DNA of 64,000 bases from a virus. Positions 20,229-29,631 of the stretch are shown piece by piece. Every line of letters starts with the position of its first letter. The first letter of the stretch is position 1. A program made the position numbers and the translations under genes. The notes under the pieces are model-generated. The model saw only the letters and a program-made list of their open reading frames with translations. It did not search any database and was not told where the DNA came from. The stretch spans positions 17,848 through 81,847 of the IMG/VR virus record IMGVR_UViG_3300037264_003213. One strand, given 5' to 3'.

Positions 20229-20801
20229 ATGCTAGATAAAGAAAAAATCATTAAGGAACAAAGACTGGCTGAGGCTATGGATAGGAATTACATGGGCTTG
20301 GAAGGAAAGTTCGGTATTATCCTGAAAGCTTTAGGCAAGCCCATCATTGCTCAAGGCTCTGCAAATCATGATGTGACGGAATGGAAGGATGTGTATGATT
20401 TACAAGACGAAGATACACTGCCAGAAGAAGATATTGATGCCCCAATCCGAGAAATTGGTAAAATATTTGATGGTTTAAAGTTCGGCTACCATCTTGAGAT
20501 TAGCTATCTAAAACAGGGGACTATCCCTGTCAAAGAAAACGAGTATTATACAAGGTATGAACAAACCACCAAGGTTCTTAAAGTGACTTACAAGGGTTAC
20601 TTGGTTTACTTGGAAGCAGAAGGAGAATTACATATCTTTACCCCATCTTCCGAGTGGGAAGATATGATTATTACCATATATCAATCGGCGGCAAAACTCC
20701 AAAATACTCACAAGCTAACTAATTCATTATTGGCTAAAGAAGAAATCAAGCAAGCTAAGCTTAACTTTTTGGAGCGACTGAGGGAGAAATGGGGGATTTA
20801 G
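20229..20801 (+). CDS. hypothetical protein
   Basis: 190-aa ORF. Confidence 0.7.
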   Translation: MLDKEKIIKEQRLAEAMDRNYMGLEGKFGIILKALGKPIIAQGSANHDVTEWKDVYDLQDEDTLPEEDIDAPIREIGKIFDGLKFGYHLEISYLKQGTIPVKENEYYTRYEQTTKVLKVTYKGYLVYLEAEGELHIFTPSSEWEDMIITIYQSAAKLQNTHKLTNSLLAKEEIKQAKLNFLERLREKWGI

Positions 20802-20841
20802 AAAAAGTAAAATTGGAATTGGAAATTCATATCAAAGATGA

Positions 20842-20890
20842 AAGAACAAGCGACAAGTTTATCAATTTCATAAGCCTGTCGCTTGTTCTT
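20842..20890. terminator. bidirectional hairpin terminator between convergent genes
   Basis: aagaacaagcgacaag...cctgtcgcttgttctt. Confidence 0.7.
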
Positions 20891-20917
20891 ATTTTCAACC
20901 TAATTACTTTGTATGTC

Positions 20918-21235
20918 TTATGGTCCCGTAAATAAGTAGTCATACAGGCGTTCACGTTTCAATGTCGAAACTTCGGGTCCGCGCGTGATAATCAACCAGT
21001 CACGCTTCTGTGAAATCCGTCTCTGCTTCATTTTGGCGATTTTCCTACGCAAGTAGGACTTGATTGGCGCACTATTGGGTTGTCTAACAACGCTACCTAC
21101 GCGAACTTCATAACCAATGATGCGGTCTTCTGTAGACTCAGTAATCAAAACCGTCCGCTGCACAGGATGGGAGTGACTCCCTTTATAGTAAAATCGTGCA
21201 ACAGGATGTGTGTTAACAAGTTTGTAATTTTTCAT
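20918..21235 (-). CDS. hypothetical protein, possibly WYL-like
   Basis: RFYYKG...QRTV...IIGYE...IKSYLRRKI loosely follows the WYL pattern. Confidence 0.45.
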   Translation of the reverse strand: MKNYKLVNTHPVARFYYKGSHSHPVQRTVLITESTEDRIIGYEVRVGSVVRQPNSAPIKSYLRRKIAKMKQRRISQKRDWLIITRGPEVSTLKRERLYDYLFTGP

Positions 21236-21755
21236 GTGTAGATTCCTTAATCAGTTTGTAAATGTCACTAGCATAGCGAATGTCAGCAAGTAACTTACTG
21301 GCAAACCTACAATCTGTCAATGGAACTTCAAAAAGTAAATTTTCTCGAATAAATCGTGGCATAAAAGCAGGAGCCATTTGACCTTCTGGCATTTCAAACT
21401 CTGCCAGGGCAAAATAATTCACGCTGTTATGATCCTTGAAAAAGTCAACTTCCCAAATTTGTCCTTGTTTATCTGGCACAATGTAACGAATCTTCTCTAG
21501 CTTATTCATACATTGTGTCCACAGGTCATTAAAGTCTCGCTCATCAATTTGGTTTTCAATTTCTACGACACGTCCATTAATGGTTGATTTAAGAGTTAAA
21601 TAATGTTTGCTTCTGGTTTTTCGACACCGAAGCGATGTTCCCTTACTAAAGAATAAGTACCCTTGTAAAATAGGATTTTTACTTTCTGCTAACTTCTGGA
21701 ACTTCTCTTCGGTATTAAGATCAAGGACATACTTCCTTTCATTTTCCGTTGGCAT
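21213..21755 (-). CDS. CYTH domain (triphosphate tunnel metalloenzyme) protein
   Basis: ENERKY, QGY, LTLK, EIE, KIRY, WEVD, AEFE. Confidence 0.85.
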   Translation of the reverse strand: MPTENERKYVLDLNTEEKFQKLAESKNPILQGYLFFSKGTSLRCRKTRSKHYLTLKSTINGRVVEIENQIDERDFNDLWTQCMNKLEKIRYIVPDKQGQIWEVDFFKDHNSVNYFALAEFEMPEGQMAPAFMPRFIRENLLFEVPLTDCRFASKLLADIRYASDIYKLIKESTHEKLQTC

Positions 21756-21764
21756 CTTGATTCC

Positions 21765-22232
21765 TTAATAGTGGCCAATGACTCGTTGTTTGAGAAACTG
21801 TTTGATTTCATCCAGATCACCACGACTATCCAAAACTTGGTCTTCGAGAAACAATTCTACATACTTTGCATCACATGGATCAAGCTCTTTACTTCTTACT
21901 ACCTCCTCCATACGCTGTACATAATTCGTAACTACTTCTCTCTCAAGCTGTTGCGCATACAAGAATATTTCATGAGGATCAGTCAAATCAGGAAACATTT
22001 TATAACAAAAGGCAGGCACACTGCCTATAGGTATGCCACCTAGTCCAACGATCATTTTAGCAAACTGCTGGATATGCAGGAATTCACTGGTTGCGTGTTT
22101 AACCAGCCAGTCCGCCACCTCTTCTCGATAAGTTCCTTCTACCAAAAACGAGGAATGTAAATAGAAGTGCATATGTGTGTATTCATTCATCAAATCCGCG
22201 TTTAATTTAAAAACCAATTCTTCGTTATTCAT
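21765..22232 (-). CDS. ferritin/bacterioferritin-like di-iron protein
   Basis: NEY..MHFY, SEFLH, LGGIP, LEREVV..Y. Confidence 0.8.
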   Translation of the reverse strand: MNNEELVFKLNADLMNEYTHMHFYLHSSFLVEGTYREEVADWLVKHATSEFLHIQQFAKMIVGLGGIPIGSVPAFCYKMFPDLTDPHEIFLYAQQLEREVVTNYVQRMEEVVRSKELDPCDAKYVELFLEDQVLDSRGDLDEIKQFLKQRVIGHY

Positions 22233-22372
22233 TTTTGCCTTTCGTTGAGCCACCAGTTTCTTATTGCGTTACTGGTGAAATAGATCATTAACGCTGATAA
22301 TATAGTTTGATAGTTAAAATCTTTGAAGCTGCATTCTTTTATTACTCTAAAGCATAATTTAGCTGTTTGCAT
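22229..22372 (-). CDS. small hypothetical ORF (47 aa; not in ORF track)
   Basis: MQTAKLC...RNWWLNERQK; stop overlaps the ferritin-like ATG. Confidence 0.35.
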   Translation of the reverse strand: MQTAKLCFRVIKECSFKDFNYQTILSALMIYFTSNAIRNWWLNERQK

Positions 22373-22413
22373 AATATATAAAGTTAATTAGTTAGAAAGG
22401 TTTGTGTTAAATT

Positions 22414-24252
22414 ATGATTAATCCTGAAGACTCTATTTGGCAGGGCAAATACCAGACCCTGCAAGAATACTACAAAGCTGAGTATTCTACTACTTACTAC
22501 ACGCTCTCCAGGTACGAACTGGAGATTGATCCCGACGAGACAGTTGAAGATTATAACAACTATGATGCAAATAAGCAACGTATAGAATTCGCAAAATGTG
22601 CATTAGATTTTTTTTATTTTGCCAACAAGTACGTTCGCATTTTGCACCCGAAAAAAGGGGCAGTTCGTTTCATTTGTTATAACTATCAGCATCGGGTTAT
22701 TAAAGATTTCGAGAAATATCGCTTCAATCTTATTTCTAAATTTCGTCAGGGTGGCCTAACCACATTGGCGGAAATATGGGGAATGTGGCGATGTATCTTT
22801 AAACTAGACCAGCAGATCATGCTACTGTCGAAAACCGACCGTGAAGCTATTGCGGCTGGTGAAATCATTAATCGTGCGGTCGAACATCTTCCCAACTGGC
22901 TCAAACCAAATTGCCTCCAAGGTAAATGGAACGATCACCATAAGCAGTTCTTCGACACAGGCGGCAGTCTTTACTTCTTTACACCAGAAGCTGCCCGTGG
23001 ACGTTCTATTACATACTTAATCCTAGACGAAGCGGCCTTTATTCCAGATATGGACAAGCACTGGAAAGCTATGTTCCCAACTTTGTCCGCTGGTGGAAAT
23101 TGTATCGTTATCTCCACAGTTAATGGCCTCGGTAACTGGTACGAAAAAATGTACCATAAATCGGAACGAACAGGAAAGCCATTTCATATTCTTGACCTAG
23201 AATATACCGAACATCCTGAATATAATGACCCAGCCTGGGTAGCCGACCAGAAATCCCAGCTTGGAGAAAAAGGTTGGTTGCAGGAAGTTTTAAGAAGCTT
23301 CTTGGGGTCTGGTGAAACCTATATCCCAGCACATCTGGTTGCCAAGCTTGTAGAAAAAACCCAAAATAATCCGCCAAAACGTAAACTCTTTAAGAAATGG
23401 GTTAATACTCTTTTAACTAACGAAGACGATAATGACGAGAGCTTGGAATACGATGATAGTTGGGAAAAAGAAGGTGCGATGTGGCTTTGGAAGGAACCGA
23501 TAGATGGCCATGAATATACGCTCGGTGTTGATACCGCAGAAGGGGTTGGTGATGAAGGTGACAATAGCGTAATCGAAGTGTTCGATAATAATACAATGGA
23601 ACAAGTGGCAGAGTTTTATAGTAATAGGATTCAACCCTACCAGTTCGCCCAAGTTCTTAATGAAATATCAATTTATTATAACCACGGTTTAGTTGTCGTT
23701 GAAAGTAATGGTTCTGGTGGTGCAATTCTGACAAACCTTCAATTCCAGTTGTTCTATGATAATATTTACTTTGAGAAGGCAACAAGCAAAACTCCTAAAT
23801 CTGGAATTAAGGTTACAGTAGGGAATCGTCTCCAGGTATTAGAATCATTACAGCAGCGATGTATTAATGGGACTATTAAGATAAACAGTCGTCGTTTGGT
23901 AGAAGAAATTACAACTTTCGTCCATAACCCACAGACAGGCAAGATTGGCGCAACCAAGGGTGAACATGATGATGCGGTCATGGCAATTGCGATAGCTCTC
24001 TTTGTTCGTGACAGCGTTTTGCGTGACTTGCCATTAGGAACCAGCATACCGAAGGAATTAACCGATCCTCTTAAATCGGTTTCCTACGAAGAGATTAAGA
24101 AGGAAATTTTGGAAGGTGCCCCAAGAGATTTTTTCGAGGAAAACGAGCGATTAAAGGATTCGCTCCACGGTTCGGATGAGGAGATCATGACTGGCGTAGC
24201 TTTCGATTTCAGAAGAAAGCTTGATACATTACTAAAGGAATTTGGATGGTAA
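22414..24252 (+). CDS. terL: terminase large subunit (T4 gp17-like)
   Basis: YQH, Walker A KFRQGGLTT, Walker B LILDEAAF, ISTVNG, nuclease GVDTAEG and HDDAVMA. Confidence 0.95.
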   Translation: MINPEDSIWQGKYQTLQEYYKAEYSTTYYTLSRYELEIDPDETVEDYNNYDANKQRIEFAKCALDFFYFANKYVRILHPKKGAVRFICYNYQHRVIKDFEKYRFNLISKFRQGGLTTLAEIWGMWRCIFKLDQQIMLLSKTDREAIAAGEIINRAVEHLPNWLKPNCLQGKWNDHHKQFFDTGGSLYFFTPEAARGRSITYLILDEAAFIPDMDKHWKAMFPTLSAGGNCIVISTVNGLGNWYEKMYHKSERTGKPFHILDLEYTEHPEYNDPAWVADQKSQLGEKGWLQEVLRSFLGSGETYIPAHLVAKLVEKTQNNPPKRKLFKKWVNTLLTNEDDNDESLEYDDSWEKEGAMWLWKEPIDGHEYTLGVDTAEGVGDEGDNSVIEVFDNNTMEQVAEFYSNRIQPYQFAQVLNEISIYYNHGLVVVESNGSGGAILTNLQFQLFYDNIYFEKATSKTPKSGIKVTVGNRLQVLESLQQRCINGTIKINSRRLVEEITTFVHNPQTGKIGATKGEHDDAVMAIAIALFVRDSVLRDLPLGTSIPKELTDPLKSVSYEEIKKEILEGAPRDFFEENERLKDSLHGSDEEIMTGVAFDFRRKLDTLLKEFGW

Positions 24253-24482
24253 CACAGCAATTACAGATGGTCAAGGCTCTCTTAGAAAACAGCCCGCCAA
24301 ACGTAGAGGCTGCTTTACGAGAGTTAGATATTGCAATGGCGGTAGCAATGCAAGAATATGAAAAATATTCAAAGCTTAAAAGACAGTTAGAAAACGAACC
24401 AGAACCAGTGCCTTTTGATTTTGATAATTGGAAGGTTCCTGAGCGAACTGATGATGCATTATTGAAGGAATTTGGGTGGTAA
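24246..24482 (+). CDS. small protein ending in a copy of the TerL C-terminus
   Basis: C-terminus DDALLKEFGW versus TerL LDTLLKEFGW. Confidence 0.7.
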   Translation: MVTQQLQMVKALLENSPPNVEAALRELDIAMAVAMQEYEKYSKLKRQLENEPEPVPFDFDNWKVPERTDDALLKEFGW

Positions 24483-24605
24483 ATGAAAAATTACTGGTTA
24501 GAGCGTAAAAAAAATAAATGTGGATGTAGTGAAAGACATGTTTCGGATGCTACGAAACATGCTATTCGGAATAAATTACTTAAAAAAATTAGAAAGGGCA
24601 TATGA
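24483..24605 (+). CDS. small basic protein (40 aa; not in ORF track)
   Basis: MKNYWLERKKNKCGC...; starts right after the upstream TAA and its stop overlaps the next ATG. Confidence 0.55.
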   Translation: MKNYWLERKKNKCGCSERHVSDATKHAIRNKLLKKIRKGI

Positions 24606-24976
24606 AAAACACAAAGAATTTGCTAAAAGAGACTTTTGCCTCGATACCGAACGCTTTTGCGTATCGGGAAATACGATTTCATGTTTACCACGCTTTGCAA
24701 AAGCTGGAAACACTAGAAAAAAGAGACGCAGCCAAGCAAAGTCAAGCTGCGCAACAGAAGGTATACGAAGAAGAAAAGAAAAAAACACAGGCTTGGCAAC
24801 CACCAATTTACCAAACCCCTTCCCAAGTACAGCATACTCTTGATATACTAGACAAGATGATTGGCGAAGAAAAGAAAGTGATTGAAGACATACATGCTAA
24901 GAACGCTAAAAAAGGACAAGTGGCTCCACAAGAGGACGATGACGAAGATGATGACCTACAGACCATTCACGGATAG
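24602..24976 (+). CDS. hypothetical coiled-coil protein
   Basis: 124-aa ORF with acidic tail. Confidence 0.7.
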   Translation: MKNTKNLLKETFASIPNAFAYREIRFHVYHALQKLETLEKRDAAKQSQAAQQKVYEEEKKKTQAWQPPIYQTPSQVQHTLDILDKMIGEEKKVIEDIHAKNAKKGQVAPQEDDDEDDDLQTIHG

Positions 24977-25520
24977 AAAAACAGGTGTACATCCTTATTC
25001 GTCTGTGCAGATAAATCTACCCGCTATTTTAGCTGACCAAATTGTGCAGTGGGGTCAACAAATGATTGCGGACGAGGATATTTATTGTCCGCTGAATGAT
25101 CTAATTCATGGGCGGGAAGACGAAATACACATAACGCTACTCTATGGTGTTCACACAGAATCATCCTATCAAGCGCAATCAATGTTATCGGGACAAAATC
25201 CATTTGAGGTTAGGCTTGGATGTGTTTCAATTTTCACAAACAACAAAGATTTCGATGTTGTGAAAATTGAAGCAATAAGTCCGAGCCTTTTTTATTTTAA
25301 CCAACTCTTGAAAACTAATATTCAGAATACGCCGAGCTATAACACTTATCATCCGCACGTCACTATAGCTTATATTAAAAAAGACTTGTATCAAAATTTA
25401 GTGGGAAGTAGTAATTTTAGAGACTGGCGTTGGACGGCTAGTTCAGTCATCTTTTCTTCTACAAGTGGTGAGAAAACTCCTATAAGGCTTAACACCTTAC
25501 GACCTGTCCGCTGTTCTTAA
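24939..25520 (+). CDS. 2H phosphoesterase, Acb1/T4 gp57B-like
   Basis: Two HxT motifs in Acb1-type context: GREDEIHITLLYG and YHPHVTIAY. Confidence 0.8.
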   Translation: MTKMMTYRPFTDRKTGVHPYSSVQINLPAILADQIVQWGQQMIADEDIYCPLNDLIHGREDEIHITLLYGVHTESSYQAQSMLSGQNPFEVRLGCVSIFTNNKDFDVVKIEAISPSLFYFNQLLKTNIQNTPSYNTYHPHVTIAYIKKDLYQNLVGSSNFRDWRWTASSVIFSSTSGEKTPIRLNTLRPVRCS

Positions 25521-26073
25521 CTCTATAAAGGCACAATTCATATGCACGTTCAGCCTCTGCTAGTAACGGTTTAGGCAAATCAAATAAAACTTTATCAGAT
25601 TTGAATTCTTCAAAAGGCATATCGCTTTGTAGATTCAGTTTGTTTATAAGCATTTTAATTCCCTTCTGATTCATCAAATCATCCCACGTCAAGAAGACTG
25701 CTCCCTTTGTTTCTCTGGCCATTTCGTAGATTCTCCTGAGTCTAAAGATGTAGTAGTTAAGGGCGAAGTGAGCGTCGGTAGGTTTAAGAATCTTGATTGA
25801 GCTTTTTGGGTCACGAATCAGGTAAATGAATTCACACGCCTGATAGATTGTTTTGTGTGATATTTGATAGTTATAAAGCACTTCATTGACATATAATCCA
25901 GTTGAATTACTATATTTATGTTTGGTGGACAACAAGGACTCGATTGATTCGGTGGGGTGATCGTAGATTATCCCGTCCTGCATCCACTGGATAATTTTGT
26001 TCTGAGCTAGATAGTAACACAGACTGGCACTTCCCGCCCCCAAGTGACTAATGACTAAAAGAATTCTTTTCAT
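25489..26073 (-). CDS. sulfotransferase-like (degenerate) protein
   Basis: LVISHLGAGSASL, IYLIRDP, FLTWDDL; likely start 26073. Confidence 0.55.
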   Translation of the reverse strand: MKRILLVISHLGAGSASLCYYLAQNKIIQWMQDGIIYDHPTESIESLLSTKHKYSNSTGLYVNEVLYNYQISHKTIYQACEFIYLIRDPKSSIKILKPTDAHFALNYYIFRLRRIYEMARETKGAVFLTWDDLMNQKGIKMLINKLNLQSDMPFEEFKSDKVLFDLPKPLLAEAERAYELCLYRVKNSGQVVRC

Positions 26074-26156
26074 TAATTTTAATAGAGTTACACTAAACTG
26101 GAGAAAATTATGCCATATGAACATAACTAATGTAATTAGAAAGACGAGGTATTTAT

Positions 26157-28721
26157 ATGGCATGGTACGATTTATTTAAGGTTTTCACTTACGCATTTAC
26201 GCAAGACCCGCTAGCGAAAAAATCTGATGTTAAGAATTTTCCATCAGCAGGTGTATCTAGTCCAGATTCGATATTAGATTTAAGAAATGCAGAATCGCTC
26301 TCACAGGGCGGTGCATTCATCAGAGTGCAAAACGAGTTGGTTGATACAACATCAGCCACTAATCGAACCAATCGTTACAAAGAATATGACCAATTAGTTT
26401 TAAGTGTGCCTGAAATTGAAATGGCTACGACTGTTTTCGCGGATGAAGCATGTGTGGCTGGCGAGACAGAAGTACAGACCCTTTATTATGGGCCAAAATC
26501 AATTGAGTGGTTGGCCAAGAATAAGGCCGAAGAGAAGTTTCCAATCTATTGTTACGATTTTGAGAAAGAAGACTACACCATTGGGTGGGCTTTTGCCCCA
26601 AGATTTGTCAAGTTTTCAGATACGGTGCAAATTGTGTTTGACAATGGCCAAACAGAAGTTGTAACCCCTGACCATGAAATCCTGAAAAGAGACGGTGGTT
26701 GGGCACATGCGGGTGGGTTGAAGTTTGGCGATGAGTTAATGCCATTCTATAAAATTAGATGTCATCCTCACTACAGCAAGCTAAAAACAGAACAATTCCC
26801 AAGGGTTTTCACCTTTAATAAAGGGTGGATTCATGAGCGCCAGTTCATTGATGAATGGCGTTTAGGGGAAGATCAAGAGCAATACGAGCGTGCTAATCAC
26901 ATTGCACGTTTAATTGCTCAAGGATTTAATAGTAAACAAATCGAACGTCAAATAGGTCATAGATGGTTTATAGTCGAAACTTGGCTCAAGAAACATGGAT
27001 TTACTTACAGAGAAATTAAGCAGCTTGCCAAGAATAAGGATCGCCGCCGTATTATCGGTATTTGGCCACATAAGCAAATGGCGGTCTATGATCTTTCTGT
27101 TGAGAAACACAAGAACTTTGCTACTACGTCCTGCATTATGCACAACTGCCAAAAAGACGAAGATGGCAAGTGCTTCAAAATTCAGTGTACGAGTAGTGAC
27201 ATAGTAGACGAATTGAAATTCGTCATGTTTCACCGTGATATGTTGAACCTAGATCAGCGCACGATGTGGGACAAAGCCAAGCGATTATTCATCAAGGGCG
27301 ACCTATTTTGGGAAGTTATCGTTAATCCTGACAATCCAAAGGAAGGTGTCTATAAGATTAATGACTTGCCATGCGAAACCATGTTCCGCATTGAAACAAT
27401 CAAGGGCAAGATTCTGGAGTTCCAGCAATCCAAGGAAGCTCCCGACTACCAGGCAATTATTAAGTCGCCAATTCAGGGTGCAACAGAAGCAGAATTGCAA
27501 CAATCAACAGCTATTCGGTTTGCTCCTGAACAAGTAATTCATATTCGTATTGGTGACTACAGAAAGACGTTCTACCCATATGGCGTATCCCTTATAGAAT
27601 CGGCTCGCGGGCCTGCCCATCAACTAAGAATGATGGAAGATGCAATGGTTATTTACCGTCTTACGCGCGCCCCAGAACGCCGATGTTTCTATATTGACGT
27701 AGGCCAGCTTCCGCCATATAAAGCGGAGGCTTTCATGGATCGTATTAAGGATCAATTCAGGAAGAAGAAAGTCCCAAGGAATCAGTTTGCTCAAGGTGGT
27801 GCATCGGTAGTTGAAGAAAGATGGCACGCGCCTGCACAGGATGAAGATTATTGGGTTCCAATTCGTCCACAGTCGAATACTAGAATTGAGACATTACCAG
27901 GCGCTCAAAATTTGGGTGAAATTGACGATGCTGTATACTTTAGAAACAAGTTGTTTACGGCGTTGAATTTCCCGAAGAATTATTTCAGTTTGGAAGACCC
28001 AAATGCGACAAGGATTACGCTTTCGGCTCAGGACGTTAAATTTGCCCGCATGATCGAAAGATTACAGTCGCATTTGGAAGAAGCTTTGTATCAAATCGCT
28101 GACAAACACTTAAAGCTTCGTGGATTCCCACCAGAATCTTACGAGGATTTGATAATCAAGATGACGCCGCCTAGCGATTGGCGTGAACTAAGCCGTGCGG
28201 AAATTGTAACGAATAGAATCAACAACGCCAACAGCTTGAAGGGGTCACAGTTAATGGGCGATTTCGATATTCTAACGAAATGGATGAAATATACCGAAGA
28301 CGAGTCTAGGGAAATATTAGCTCGTCTCAAGGTGCAGAAGTTGGAAGATTTGAAGCTACAGATTCTTGCACAGAACCCAACATTATTGGGTGTTGGTATG
28401 CCTGGACAGGGCGAACAAGAGATTGGTGGAGAGCCAGGTGGCCCGAATCCAAATCTTGGGCCAGACGCAGGAGGTTTGCCAGGCGGGGCACCCGCTCCAG
28501 GGGGTCCACCTCCAGGTGGCTTACCAGCAGGTGGAGCAATGCCACCAATGCCACCACCACCGCAACAGGGTGATGCTCCAGGCATGATACCTCCTGTTGA
28601 GCAGGCGGAACCGTTACCAAAGGTAACGGATCAGGAAACTGTTAAATATGACATGGAGATTCAGGATTACGAATCGGAAATAGATGTTGAACCTGTAGAC
28701 CATACAGATATGGAGGGATAA
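26157..28721 (+). CDS. portal protein (T4 gp20-like), intein-containing
   Basis: QLRMMEDAMVIYRLTRAPERRCFYIDVG, EDYWVP, IETLPGAQNLGEIDD are T4 gp20 signatures. Confidence 0.95.
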   Translation: MAWYDLFKVFTYAFTQDPLAKKSDVKNFPSAGVSSPDSILDLRNAESLSQGGAFIRVQNELVDTTSATNRTNRYKEYDQLVLSVPEIEMATTVFADEACVAGETEVQTLYYGPKSIEWLAKNKAEEKFPIYCYDFEKEDYTIGWAFAPRFVKFSDTVQIVFDNGQTEVVTPDHEILKRDGGWAHAGGLKFGDELMPFYKIRCHPHYSKLKTEQFPRVFTFNKGWIHERQFIDEWRLGEDQEQYERANHIARLIAQGFNSKQIERQIGHRWFIVETWLKKHGFTYREIKQLAKNKDRRRIIGIWPHKQMAVYDLSVEKHKNFATTSCIMHNCQKDEDGKCFKIQCTSSDIVDELKFVMFHRDMLNLDQRTMWDKAKRLFIKGDLFWEVIVNPDNPKEGVYKINDLPCETMFRIETIKGKILEFQQSKEAPDYQAIIKSPIQGATEAELQQSTAIRFAPEQVIHIRIGDYRKTFYPYGVSLIESARGPAHQLRMMEDAMVIYRLTRAPERRCFYIDVGQLPPYKAEAFMDRIKDQFRKKKVPRNQFAQGGASVVEERWHAPAQDEDYWVPIRPQSNTRIETLPGAQNLGEIDDAVYFRNKLFTALNFPKNYFSLEDPNATRITLSAQDVKFARMIERLQSHLEEALYQIADKHLKLRGFPPESYEDLIIKMTPPSDWRELSRAEIVTNRINNANSLKGSQLMGDFDILTKWMKYTEDESREILARLKVQKLEDLKLQILAQNPTLLGVGMPGQGEQEIGGEPGGPNPNLGPDAGGLPGGAPAPGGPPPGGLPAGGAMPPMPPPPQQGDAPGMIPPVEQAEPLPKVTDQETVKYDMEIQDYESEIDVEPVDHTDMEG
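26451..27146 (+). mobile_element. intein (232 aa) in portal
   Basis: DEA/CVAGETEV, block B VTPDH, block F VYDLSVE, IMHN/C. Confidence 0.9.
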
Positions 28722-28963
28722 TGGACATTAGAATGGCACCTAAATTGGCAATACATAATAAAGAAAAATTACAAAAGGTTTCTGAGTGTGTGTGTTATTA
28801 CTGTTACAAAATATTCGCGCCTTCAGATATCAAGGAATGGGTTGATAAAGATTTAGATACAGCAATATGTCCCCATTGTGCTATTGATGCGGTCTTGCCA
28901 GTATATGAAGAGAGCGAGAAGGATATTGTCTTTCTGACAAAGATGCATGAATATTGGTTTTAA
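28721..28963 (+). CDS. small zinc-binding protein
   Basis: CVCYYC...TAICPHCAIDAV. Confidence 0.7.
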   Translation: MDIRMAPKLAIHNKEKLQKVSECVCYYCYKIFAPSDIKEWVDKDLDTAICPHCAIDAVLPVYEESEKDIVFLTKMHEYWF

Positions 28964-28991
28964 TAAATCTATATATAGACGAGGAGGTTGT

Positions 28992-29285
28992 ATGCGAAAC
29001 ATATGGAAGTGGTTCATTGGCCTTTTCGACTGTCATCACCATTGCTGTAAGAAGACATTATCTGGTGAGATCGTGATGGGGTTTGGTTGCTATGAAATAG
29101 AAATCAAAGTGCCTGGTGAGCCTTGTAGGGTTTGTTTTGATATTGAAGACGATGGAAATTGTGTTTGTCATAACACAGTAAACAAGATTGGTATTACAGT
29201 TGGTAAGTGTGGGTTCGTTATCCACGCAGATATCAATACTAATACCTGTTCGATAAAATGGCATTGTGAATATAAAGAAGACTAA
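28992..29285 (+). CDS. Cys-rich small protein
   Basis: GAGGAGG SD; paralog of the next gene. Confidence 0.7.
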   Translation: MRNIWKWFIGLFDCHHHCCKKTLSGEIVMGFGCYEIEIKVPGEPCRVCFDIEDDGNCVCHNTVNKIGITVGKCGFVIHADINTNTCSIKWHCEYKED

Positions 29286-29287
29286 AT

Positions 29288-29623
29288 ATGGGTCTACTTA
29301 AAGGAAAAAATTGGTGGTGGAAATATTTCAAAGCCTTGTTATTTTCCATTTTTAGTCATGTTCGAGGTAGTATTACTTTAGGACATGGTTATTCTGAAAC
29401 TGAAATAGTTTTAGACCCAATAATTAAAGCAAAGAGAATTTTCGTTGCTGTGGAAGCAGAAGACATTCCCGTTTGCGCTGGAGCAGTAGACACTATTGGC
29501 GCAATCAAGAAGTGCGACAATATTTTTATATTATATGCCGATATTAAAAGCAACACCGCTACGGTATATTGGCTAGTAGACTACACTCTAAATGACGATG
29601 ATGAGAACATTGATAATATTTGA
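29288..29623 (+). CDS. hypothetical protein, paralog of the upstream Cys-rich protein
   Basis: GSITLGHG/GEIVMGFG and YADIKSN/HADINTN similarity. Confidence 0.7.
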   Translation: MGLLKGKNWWWKYFKALLFSIFSHVRGSITLGHGYSETEIVLDPIIKAKRIFVAVEAEDIPVCAGAVDTIGAIKKCDNIFILYADIKSNTATVYWLVDYTLNDDDENIDNI

Positions 29624-29631
29624 GAAAAAAT

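Noticed and set aside
24223-24252. Programmed -1 frameshift fusing TerL to the downstream ORF
   Set aside because: The -1 frame is open only from 24225, and no canonical slippery heptamer or stimulatory structure is visible
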